Source: Candidatus Krumholzibacteriota bacterium (GTDB lineage Bacteria > Krumholzibacteriota > Krumholzibacteriia > Krumholzibacteriales > Krumholzibacteriaceae). From it: a stretch of 44,587 bases of DNA. The stretch lies in contig JBFYZM010000195.1 of the NCBI GenBank assembly GCA_041309505.1, positions 1-44,587 on the forward strand. The letters are read 5' to 3'. Below are positions 35,032 through 42,755 of this stretch, piece by piece. The number at the start of each line of letters is the position of its first letter. Position 1 is the stretch's first letter. The notes under the pieces are model-generated. The model had not been told where the DNA came from. It did not search any database and was given only the letters and a program-made list of their open reading frames with translations. Position numbers and translations under genes: made by a program.

Positions 35032-36132
35032 CTAGATCCCAACCATCGTTGCGCCGAAGAAGGACAGCACCGAGTTGATCGGGTTCGCGATAGCGAGCGA
35101 GGTGCTGCCGGCGAAGAGAAGGCCAATGGCCTTCGGATTCGTCGTTACATCCTGGACCATGAGCGATCCCGAGTCGCCGCTCCCCAGGAACGAGCTTCTC
35201 TTCTGATAGACCAGGATCTGCCCCGTGAACGTCTTCGTGAAGGCATCGCCGCCGGCGCACTCGTTCTCGTACGCAATGCTGACGGTGCCGTTCAAACCGC
35301 TGACGTAGCTGCGGGTGAGACCGGTCGTACGACCGCTCTTCTTGACCAGCTGGCCCACGGAAGCGGCAATCGTCGAGGATGAGAGCACCCCAACCTCGAG
35401 AATCGCGCCGTCATCCCTGACCATGCCGCTGATGATCGTCGCGCTCGAGCAGTCCACGTTGTTGTTCGGAAGGCTGCTCGTCTTGACGAGGGTCGCCACA
35501 TTCTGAGCGCTCGTGGCGACGCAGCCCACATCGATCAGACCGGGCTGAATGATGTAATCGCCCGTCGCGGCCACCTTGCTGTTGCCGCCGGCCACGATAT
35601 CGGCCTCGAACACGTGGTAGTTGCTGAGGATGCGCTTCTGACCGCCCACGCTGATGAGCGAGCCGAGCGTCCCGCCGCAGCAGTACCCGTTCGCGAGATC
35701 ATAGCGCCAGCCGCCGGAGGTCCCGAGCTGGATGGGCGGAGTCTGCTTCGCCGTGTGGCTCGTGCCGCTCGGCGGTTTGCCCATGGCTACGATACGGTCG
35801 GTCAGAACGACCACCGTGTTGACGTCGTCGAGCTTCGTCGGCACGCCGAGCTTCGCCTTCTCGGTCAGAACGAGCACCATGATGGCCGGCTTCCCATCTT
35901 CGCCGATTGTGGTCGCGGTGCCGATGACATCAGGATCGGCCATGAGCTTCGCCGTGTTCTTGTCCTGGATCGCCATCGCTTTCTGGAACAGCGGACTCGA
36001 CGCGTTCATCAACAGATCGGTCTGTCCGCTCGGGGGCGCCGTCGCCGACTCGTCCTTCGAGCAGCCGACGAAGCTCCCAAAGGCCAGAGCCGCGATGAAG
36101 AGAACCAGCAGGACACTGAAGGAGCGCTTCAT
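35032..36132 (-). CDS. Chymotrypsin-fold (S1) serine protease lipoprotein with N-terminal pro-region
   Basis: Lipobox is FGSFVGC. The catalytic blocks are GGTLGSLISVGGQKRILSNYHV (His), NNNVDCSSATI (Asp candidate) and LGSGDSGSLMV (Ser). It resembles alpha-lytic/streptogrisin-like proteases. Confidence 0.8.
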   Translation of the reverse strand: MKRSFSVLLVLFIAALAFGSFVGCSKDESATAPPSGQTDLLMNASSPLFQKAMAIQDKNTAKLMADPDVIGTATTIGEDGKPAIMVLVLTEKAKLGVPTKLDDVNTVVVLTDRIVAMGKPPSGTSHTAKQTPPIQLGTSGGWRYDLANGYCCGGTLGSLISVGGQKRILSNYHVFEADIVAGGNSKVAATGDYIIQPGLIDVGCVATSAQNVATLVKTSSLPNNNVDCSSATIISGMVRDDGAILEVGVLSSSTIAASVGQLVKKSGRTTGLTRSYVSGLNGTVSIAYENECAGGDAFTKTFTGQILVYQKRSSFLGSGDSGSLMVQDVTTNPKAIGLLFAGSTSLAIANPINSVLSFFGATMVGI

Positions 36133-36310
36133 AAGGACCTCCTGCGCTGGTGGGGAAAGGGTGGATTTAGTCTTATTATTTTACCATAATCCGGCGGAAG
36201 GATGGCAAGCGAAATTTCTATTCTTGAATAAGATAGCCGGATTCGGCCGTCAAAAACGCTTGACAGGAATGATCGACATTCTTACCGGGGCCCGGCCGCG
36301 CTTTCGCACC

Positions 36311-36339
36311 TTTACATTCGGGCCAAACAGGGCTATATT
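36311..36339 (+). promoter_or_regulatory. Candidate promoter of ssrA
   Basis: TTTACA (36311-36316), exactly 17 nt, then TATATT (36334-36339), about 30 nt upstream of the mature tmRNA 5' end. This is consistent with a processed precursor. Confidence 0.5.
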
Positions 36340-36368
36340 ATCGAATAGCTTATCCAGGTCTTCTTGTG

Positions 36369-36725
36369 TGGGGGCGAATGGATTCGACGGGGATGATAGA
36401 GGCCAGGGAAGCGTGCCGAGGATGCCATCAACCTCGTAAATCAGGTGGCGAACCACAAATGCCGACAACCAGTTGGCAATGGCCGCCTAATTAATTAGGT
36501 GACCCGTCCGCTCCGGCTGCGCCGACGGGGCCGGAATCCGGGCGTCGATAACCGATGGCTAGCGTGTCGACCTGCTCTGGGTTCGCACGCGAAAAGAACA
36601 AGAGCTAGTCCTGTGAATCCCCTGCCTGTTGAGGCTTCACGGGGCGAACAAAACTCGACAGGATACGCACGTAGACGCCCTCGCGGAAGCATCTTCGGAC
36701 GCGGGTTCGATTCCCGCCGCCTCCA
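36369..36725 (+). ncRNA. ssrA: tmRNA (transfer-messenger RNA)
   Basis: The 5' end GGGGGCGAATGGATTCGACGGGG pairs with the 3' end GGACGCGGGTTCGATTCCCGCCGCCTCCA. This gives an acceptor stem with a G3:U wobble and a T-arm GCGGG-TTCGATT-CCCGC; CCA is not encoded. The conserved GTGCCGAGG...CCTCGTAAA helix is present. The tag frame GCC GAC AAC CAG TTG GCA ATG GCC GCC TAA (36461-36490) encodes ADNQLAMAA. Confidence 0.9.
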
Positions 36726-36792
36726 ATTTTCCATCCATGCATGGGGACGGCTTCTGTTTCTATGCCCATCCGGATCCATATCATCATTCCTC

Positions 36793-36821
36793 TTGACACA
36801 ATGTCATATTGTCACTATAAT
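36793..36821 (+). promoter_or_regulatory. Perfect-consensus sigma70 promoter with embedded palindromes upstream of the AAA ATPase gene
   Basis: TTGACA (36793-36798), exactly 17 nt, then TATAAT (36816-36821). The spacer contains TGACA-caa-TGTCA and ACAAT-gtcat-ATTGT. The region is locally AT-rich. Confidence 0.55.
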
Positions 36822-36831
36822 CTGTAATAAT

Positions 36832-38061
36832 ATGACACCCTACTTCAACAGAGATATCTCGTCGGCAGTGAACGACGCTCTCATCGACATGCCGGTTGTC
36901 GTCCTGACGGGGATGCGTCAGACCGGAAAGAGCACATTTCTTCAAAAGGAGCCCGGGCTCAAGCGGCGCCGTTACATCAGTTTCGATGACTTCGCTCAAT
37001 TGGCCGCCGCCAGAGAGGATCCCGACGGGTTCGTGGCGACGGACGAGCCGATTACCGTCGACGAGGCGCAGAAATGCCCCGAGATACTCGGAGCCATCAA
37101 GCGCAGCGTGGACCGCAATCGAATCCCGGGGCGATTCCTGCTGTCCGGGTCGGCGAACTTCTCCATGCTCCGGGGGATTTCCGAATCGCTCGCAGGACGA
37201 GCGGTGTATTTCGTCCTGCACCCGTTTACTCGGCGTGAAATGTCCAAGGCCACAAGGCGCCGGCCGTTTCTGAAGACCTTCTACGACTCCCCTCGCGCTG
37301 CGCGGATGTCCGGGACATATGCGCCGATCAAGCCGGACGAGATCCTGTCGGGCGGAATGCCGTCCGTTTGCCTCGGTGAAGTGAAGAACCGAGCCCTGTG
37401 GTTTCGCGGTTACGAGCAAACATACCTGGAGCGGGATATTCGCGAACTGAGCCAAATCGGCGATATTATCTCATTCCGCAACCTCATGGGTCTCGCGGCG
37501 CTTCGCACGGGACAGCTGCTGAGTCCGAGCCAACTCGGCAGGGACGCGAAGCTCAACGTCGCGACTACGTCGAGGTACCTATCGCTGCTCGAAACTTCCT
37601 ATGTGGCGTACCGGCTGAGCCCCTACTTGCGCAACCGTGCATCAAGACTCATTAAAACCCCAAAGTTGTATCTGGGCGACGCCGGGCTGGCGTGCCATAT
37701 GGCGGGTGTAGGCGGATCGGGAGCCGTATTGCCGGAGCCCTTCAGGGGCGGCGTGTTCGAAACATACGTCGCGCAGAATCTGATGGGGATCTTGGGTGCC
37801 CGATGGCCTGAAGCACGGCTCCATTTTTGGAACGTGCAGGGCCGGCATGAGGTCGATTTCGTCATCGAAGCCGGCCGCTTTTGCATCGCGATCGAGTCGA
37901 AATCGGGAACACGATGGACGGACCGCGATCTCGCCGGTCTCAGAGCGTTCCTATCCGCCACCCCTCACTGCCAAGCGGCGATACTCGCCTACAACGGTAC
38001 CGAGGCCGTTTCTTTGGGAGGAAAGCTCTGGGCGCTGCCGCTGGGAATGGTTCTCTCTTGA
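36832..38061 (+). CDS. AAA-family ATPase with DUF4143-type C-terminal domain
   Basis: Start at ATG 36832 (MTPYFNRDI...). Walker A is LTGMRQTGKST and Walker B is ITVDEAQK. The C-terminal HFWNVQGRHEVDFVIEAG...IAIESKSG has the restriction-endonuclease-like pattern typical of AAA_14 + DUF4143 proteins. Confidence 0.85.
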   Translation: MTPYFNRDISSAVNDALIDMPVVVLTGMRQTGKSTFLQKEPGLKRRRYISFDDFAQLAAAREDPDGFVATDEPITVDEAQKCPEILGAIKRSVDRNRIPGRFLLSGSANFSMLRGISESLAGRAVYFVLHPFTRREMSKATRRRPFLKTFYDSPRAARMSGTYAPIKPDEILSGGMPSVCLGEVKNRALWFRGYEQTYLERDIRELSQIGDIISFRNLMGLAALRTGQLLSPSQLGRDAKLNVATTSRYLSLLETSYVAYRLSPYLRNRASRLIKTPKLYLGDAGLACHMAGVGGSGAVLPEPFRGGVFETYVAQNLMGILGARWPEARLHFWNVQGRHEVDFVIEAGRFCIAIESKSGTRWTDRDLAGLRAFLSATPHCQAAILAYNGTEAVSLGGKLWALPLGMVLS

Positions 38062-38401
38062 CCTTCCCTCGCTAGATGGGCGGGCACCGGCGCCGCATCC
38101 AGAATCGCCGCCTCGAAGGGGATCGCCGAAAAGGTTCGAATTCTGTGCGACAGTGTCCACCATTTCTTTGTCAGCTGCCATGGCGAGCATGCGCAGTACG
38201 CTTGGCCCAATCCCCCTGAACTGATTTCGCCAGAGAGATTGAGCCTCGCCCGTGGGGGAGTCTAGTGGGGGAAGGTCAGACGGTCACAGGATCCAGGGAT
38301 CCTCGGATGTATTCATGCCGTTGGCGCCCCGCCATTTGCGTGAACGGCAGGCTTGTGCTCCCGAATTCCATTGGCGGTCTTGATTCCGTCCGCTGGAGGA
38401 T

Positions 38402-39106
38402 CTAGCGAAGATCAATGGAGGCAGGATCTGACGAGCCAATCTCATCGCCCCTTTGGAGGGCGTAGACTCGCCAGATCAATCGATCGGGTTTTTCAGCGGG
38501 GAGCATTGATCGATCGATAGTCAAGGCGGTCTCTCGTGTCGGCTCGAGGCGGGCGATCTCTTTGAGCTCTTTATCGTAGAAGCGAACCTGGTAGGAGTCG
38601 ACGCCGGCCATCGGTGTCCACTCCAACCGGATGCTGCCTTCCGAAAGTATCTGCGGCGCGCCCAACGTGAGAGGCTGCGAGGCGCTTTCTCGCGGCGTAC
38701 CCCGCAGCACGATTCGATCGGGTGTCCATGGGCGCCACAACAAGACGAGGGCGGCGACCATCACCAGCAGAACGGTGGCCAATGCAGGGCGCATAGGGAA
38801 GATCCCCATGATGCGCGATATGAATCCCACGCGGCCGGGGGCTTTTTCTCCGACCTCAAAAGGGGTTCTCTCCTGCGGTGTTCCGACTTCGGACGCCACA
38901 AACGCCGTCAGTCGCTCGCGCGCGTCATCCGGATTGGATCCCGCGACGAACTCCTCTTTCCTAAAGGATTGATACGATGCCAATATGGCGCTGCAGCGGG
39001 GGCATGTCTCTACGTGCCGGCGCCCGGGATCGCCGGCCGGAAGCTCCAGCACTTTCGGAATACGTTCGATATCGAAACAGTCGTCGCTTATTTTTCTGTC
39101 GCTCAT
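38402..39106 (-). CDS. Membrane anti-sigma factor (zf-HC2/ZAS-like) with FN3-like external domain
   Basis: Start ATG 39106 overlaps the sigma stop (ATGA). It has HVETCPRC (HxxxCxxC) with an upstream Cys (DDCFD). A single TM helix (ALATVLLVMVAALVLLW) is followed by about 115 aa containing LEWTPMAGVDSYQVRFYD. Confidence 0.75.
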   Translation of the reverse strand: MSDRKISDDCFDIERIPKVLELPAGDPGRRHVETCPRCSAILASYQSFRKEEFVAGSNPDDARERLTAFVASEVGTPQERTPFEVGEKAPGRVGFISRIMGIFPMRPALATVLLVMVAALVLLWRPWTPDRIVLRGTPRESASQPLTLGAPQILSEGSIRLEWTPMAGVDSYQVRFYDKELKEIARLEPTRETALTIDRSMLPAEKPDRLIWRVYALQRGDEIGSSDPASIDLR

Positions 39107-39696
39107 CCCTCCGCCTCCCCCAACGCATTCAATAGTTTTCTCCGCGCTCTCTGCAGCAGGCCTCGAGCTCCCGAGGCCGATTGAATCCCGAGAACACGGG
39201 TGATTTCGTCCACGGGCATGCGCTCGAAACACCGCATCCAGATCACTCTCTGCTCCTCCGGCTCCAGCTTCGAGCGAATCAGGGAGAGAATGCGCTCTTC
39301 GTCTTCGCGCTCCTCGAGCCGCCGCGCGTGATCGGAAGCCGGCGCCTCGATGGTATCGCAATCCGGATCGCCATCCTCGAAAAGGGACACGCGCTCCATT
39401 TCGTTCAAGCAACGGTTTCGGGCGATCACGAACAGCCACGACGAGAACTTCGACCTCCCGCTGAAAGAATCGAGCGCCTGCCAGGCTTTGAGCAATACAT
39501 CCTGACTCATGTCGAGCGCCTTCTCATGCTCCCTGACGTGCCGATAGCACCATAGGTAAACGGTCCTCTGGAACCGGTCGAGCAACTCCGTCGCGGCGAC
39601 CCGTCCGGCCTCGGATTCCCGCGCCGACTGCGCGATCTGCACGAGCGCTTCGTCCGCGAGCTCCGCGAGCTCCTTCTTCCTATGGGACAGATTCAT
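39103..39696 (-). CDS. ECF-type (group 4) sigma-70 family factor
   Basis: Region 2 is YLWCYRHVREHEKALDMSQDVLLKAWQALDSFSGRSKFSSWLFVIARNRCLN. Region 4 is MRCFERMPVDEITRVLGIQSASGARGLLQRARRKL. Confidence 0.9.
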   Translation of the reverse strand: MNLSHRKKELAELADEALVQIAQSARESEAGRVAATELLDRFQRTVYLWCYRHVREHEKALDMSQDVLLKAWQALDSFSGRSKFSSWLFVIARNRCLNEMERVSLFEDGDPDCDTIEAPASDHARRLEEREDEERILSLIRSKLEPEEQRVIWMRCFERMPVDEITRVLGIQSASGARGLLQRARRKLLNALGEAEG

Positions 39697-39706
39697 CGTT
39701 CTTGAA

Positions 39707-42559
39707 TCACGTGACGGATTCGCCTTCTTGTAATTTCTTTCGTCGAAGGGAGAATACTACACCCGCCAGAATCACTACGCCAGCCCCCGCCAGCCAAATG
39801 GAATTGATGAGACGGGCCCCACTCCTCTCCAGCCGGACCCCGAGGTTCCCGTCCCCCACGACCACGAAGCCCGCCCAATAAAACGGGTGACTCGTTCGAG
39901 GCCGAGACCGGATCGCACGTTGCGCCTCCCGCAGGGCGGCGGCCGCCGGCAGACCCGCATCGAGCGACTTGTAAAACTCCTTCATCAGATCCGCCGTCAC
40001 GCGGTCGTCCACCGGCCACAGCGTCGCCACCGTCACGGGCACACCCGCGCTGAGAAACGCGGAGGTCAAGCCGCTCACGCCTTCTCCGACGTTCAACTGC
40101 CCCAGGGCCGATTCGCAGCCTGATAAAACGACCATTGTCGCGCGCATCCGTCCGCCGGTGATGTCTCCCGCGCGGAGGTACGGATCGCCCTGCATTGTCG
40201 AGTCCCCGAGGAGTATGCCGGAGTGCCACGGCCGTTCGTTGTTCACTTCGATGTGGGAGGCCACATGAACGACGTCGAATGCGGCAACGGTATCGTCGAT
40301 CGCAGCCTTGGCGGCCTCGCCTTCGGCCACCGAGACGCGAGCGTAGCGCCGCTCGAGAAATTGCACTTCCCTGTCGGCACCGGCGAGTTTGGCGCTGCGT
40401 GAAGGCACGAGCGCCAGAACCGCGCCCTGTCGCAGCTCAACGCCCGCACGCGGCTTGGCACCCTGCTGTGCATCAGCATCGACGGGCCGGTTCTTCGCGC
40501 GGAGCCACAGGAGAACCGTCGCGGAGGGAACGTAGTGGATCGTCTTCGATTCAAAGAGCGCCGTTCCCGGCTTCCCTTTATGCGAAACGGTGAGCGCCCC
40601 AAAAGGCAGGCTCCAAAAATATAAGTCCGGCGCGATGAGCAGCCGGGATGCTCCCGTAACGAGATCGCTCACATTGCCCAGAATCGCCGTTCCCAGAGAT
40701 GCCTGAAGCTCCATTGCATTGAGATCGGCGGAAGATCCGCTCGATCGCGGCGGCTTGCCGATCGCCCTCCGGTAGAGATCCACGCGCTCGGGAAGATCGG
40801 AGTGCAGCCCGGGAAGCATCGACACGCGGCAACTGTCTCGCGTCACCGCAAACAGGTAACACGACTGATATCCCACGACGAAGTCGAGAAACAAGTCGCC
40901 CGGCTCGAGGGCTTCTCGCTGCAGCCGCGGGAGCGTGGCGATCGGCAGATCGGCGACTTCGGGCGCCGGTTCCGCCTGGCGACGCGGCTCCGTGATTCTA
41001 TCGAGGAGCGTGCGGGCCTTGAGGCGCTGAAATATATCGAACAACGCTTCGACCTTTTTCGGCCCGGCAGTCTCGGGCGGATGCTCGAGAACGATGCCGC
41101 TCGCGTCGACGAGGTCGCGCGTGCCTCCGCTTGCCTCGCGCCACACGAGCGATTGGGTGAATCGACGGCGACCTTCCATGCGGTCCACGGCAAGCATGAA
41201 TGCATCCAGCGCTTCGCTGCTTCTCCCCAGCTCCCGATAGCAGGAGCTGAGCTCCGCCGCCGTCGCCGCCGCCCTCGATCTTTCCTCCTCCGCGGCCATC
41301 CTCCGTTCGATCTCGAGCAGGTATCCCAGCGCTTCGTGCGTTCTCCCCAGTCGCCGCAAGCACTGCGCCATCAATAACTGCATGCGAGCTGCGGAAGCGG
41401 GGAGCGGCGATTTCAGGCCTTGGCTGAGGAGCTCGGCCGCGGCTTGCGTGCTATCCATCGACGTGAGCGCCTGCGCGAGACCTATTACGGCTTCATCGCG
41501 GTCCTTCTTCAGCAGCGCATCGCCGAGCGAGAGGCTCTCGCGATACAGCACGTCTGATGCGTGGAACATCTTCTGCTGATATCGCATGTCACCGAGCAAC
41601 ACCAGCACGCTTCCGAGCAGGCTCCGGAAATTTCCCTCCCTGCATGTCTCGGCCGCCCGGTTCAATATATCGGCCGCTTCACTGTATTGACCCAGGTAAT
41701 TCCGAGCCAGGGCGACGTTGGTTGCCGGCGTGATGGCGCCCTGCGGGTCCCCGACGGCGAGACGCAGCTGATACGCCTGCTCGAAATATTGCGCCGCGAT
41801 GGACATATCGCCGTAAACGAACTCGAGCGTCCCTAGATTGTTGATCGCGTCCGTCTCCTGAGCGCGATCGCCGATATCGCGAGCCAGGTCCCGCGCGCGC
41901 GTATACGCTTCGCGCGCCGAGTCGATATCTTCCAGCATATTTAAAACACGTCCGAGGCCGATGAGCGGCATCAGCTCCGCCTGCCGCAGCTTCTCGGCGC
42001 GGAACAATTCAATGGCGGTCGTGTATTCGGACTTGGCCTCATCGAGATTCCCGCGCAGCAGGTGGACGTAGCCGAGGCCGGTGCGGGCCCATGCCTCGCT
42101 CACGCGGTTGCGGGTCAGGCGGGCGAGCTCGAGGCGCGCGCGGTTGAGCTCCACGCACTCGTCGTATCGTCCCTGCCAGGTGACGGCCAGGCTCTTGTAT
42201 CCCAATGCGGTCATCCAGACGGTCGTATCCCGCGCCGAACGCGCGAGGGCTATCGAGGCGTCGAGCGACGCATATCCCTCGGCGAACTTTCCCGTCATGA
42301 TCTCCGCTCGACCTTTGGTCGCCAGCAATCCGGCGGCGAGCGCGGAGTCCTTCTTCGCCTCGGCGGCCGCGAGAAAGCGAGGAATGACCGCGAGGACGGA
42401 GTCGAACGCGCCGGCATTTGTCAGCGAATCGATCGACGCCAGAGCGCGCGGATCTATCGATGCGGAGGGCGCAGCGAGACTCACGGCCGCTCCAATAGCA
42501 GCGAGGCAAACGGCAATGAACAGAAGGCGTCGAATAGCTCTCTGGCTATTGATGCTCAT
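39707..42559 (-). CDS. Exported TPR-repeat / CHAT-domain (caspase-like) protein with C-terminal TM anchor
   Basis: Start ATG 42559 gives the signal peptide MSINSQRAIRRLLFIAVCLAAIGAAVSLAAPSA. About 450 aa of TPR-like helical repeats follow. The CHAT blocks are FDVVHVASHIEVN (His), MVVLSGCESALG (Cys), ATLWPVDD and HPFYWAGFVVVGD. The terminal TM is IWLAGAGVVILAGVVFSLRRKK. Confidence 0.85.
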   Translation of the reverse strand: MSINSQRAIRRLLFIAVCLAAIGAAVSLAAPSASIDPRALASIDSLTNAGAFDSVLAVIPRFLAAAEAKKDSALAAGLLATKGRAEIMTGKFAEGYASLDASIALARSARDTTVWMTALGYKSLAVTWQGRYDECVELNRARLELARLTRNRVSEAWARTGLGYVHLLRGNLDEAKSEYTTAIELFRAEKLRQAELMPLIGLGRVLNMLEDIDSAREAYTRARDLARDIGDRAQETDAINNLGTLEFVYGDMSIAAQYFEQAYQLRLAVGDPQGAITPATNVALARNYLGQYSEAADILNRAAETCREGNFRSLLGSVLVLLGDMRYQQKMFHASDVLYRESLSLGDALLKKDRDEAVIGLAQALTSMDSTQAAAELLSQGLKSPLPASAARMQLLMAQCLRRLGRTHEALGYLLEIERRMAAEEERSRAAATAAELSSCYRELGRSSEALDAFMLAVDRMEGRRRFTQSLVWREASGGTRDLVDASGIVLEHPPETAGPKKVEALFDIFQRLKARTLLDRITEPRRQAEPAPEVADLPIATLPRLQREALEPGDLFLDFVVGYQSCYLFAVTRDSCRVSMLPGLHSDLPERVDLYRRAIGKPPRSSGSSADLNAMELQASLGTAILGNVSDLVTGASRLLIAPDLYFWSLPFGALTVSHKGKPGTALFESKTIHYVPSATVLLWLRAKNRPVDADAQQGAKPRAGVELRQGAVLALVPSRSAKLAGADREVQFLERRYARVSVAEGEAAKAAIDDTVAAFDVVHVASHIEVNNERPWHSGILLGDSTMQGDPYLRAGDITGGRMRATMVVLSGCESALGQLNVGEGVSGLTSAFLSAGVPVTVATLWPVDDRVTADLMKEFYKSLDAGLPAAAALREAQRAIRSRPRTSHPFYWAGFVVVGDGNLGVRLERSGARLINSIWLAGAGVVILAGVVFSLRRKKLQEGESVT

Positions 42560-42630
42560 ATCTCCGATTCCCAATCGATTGCCGCGGAAGTCTATCTGAT
42601 AGTATACCATGCAGATACTCCCTTCACGGC

Positions 42631-42662
42631 AAGTAATAATGTCTAGAGTGTGATTATTACTT
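42631..42662. promoter_or_regulatory. Perfect 10-bp inverted repeat in the divergent CHAT / RCC1 control region
   Basis: AAGTAATAAT (42631-42640), 12 nt, then ATTATTACTT (42653-42662). It sits inside the AT-richest stretch of this part of the window. Confidence 0.3.
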
Positions 42663-42755
42663 CCTCCGCCTGTCTAATGGAGTAAAGTAGTGATCTCCAA
42701 CATACAAATAATACTGTGGCGAAGCTCTTATCTAACCTTTCAAAGGAGGGGGATC

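Noticed and set aside
36495-36831. ORFs across 36495-36831 (N-terminus of 36499..38061, 36495..36779 minus, 36605..36799 minus, 36250..36468 minus)
   Set aside because: The region is the tmRNA gene and its promoter. The ATPase starts at ATG 36832, right after a consensus promoter.
38062-38240. Minus-strand reading ...RNQFRGIGPSVLRMLAMAADKEMVDTVAQNSNLF..., faintly reminiscent of the GNAT acetyl-CoA motif (R-G-x-G-I-G...)
   Set aside because: The frame has a stop shortly upstream and no start codon before the motif. It overlaps the ATPase 3' end and the similarity is only a few residues. At most it is a decayed remnant, which I cannot support.
36726-38401. Genomic island or prophage integrated at the ssrA 3' end
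   Set aside because: There is no integrase or other mobility gene. I found no direct repeat of the tmRNA 3' end downstream: the closest is GGTTCGAATTC at 38133-38143 versus GGTTCGATTCC, which is too short and imperfect. It is kept only as a low-interest question.
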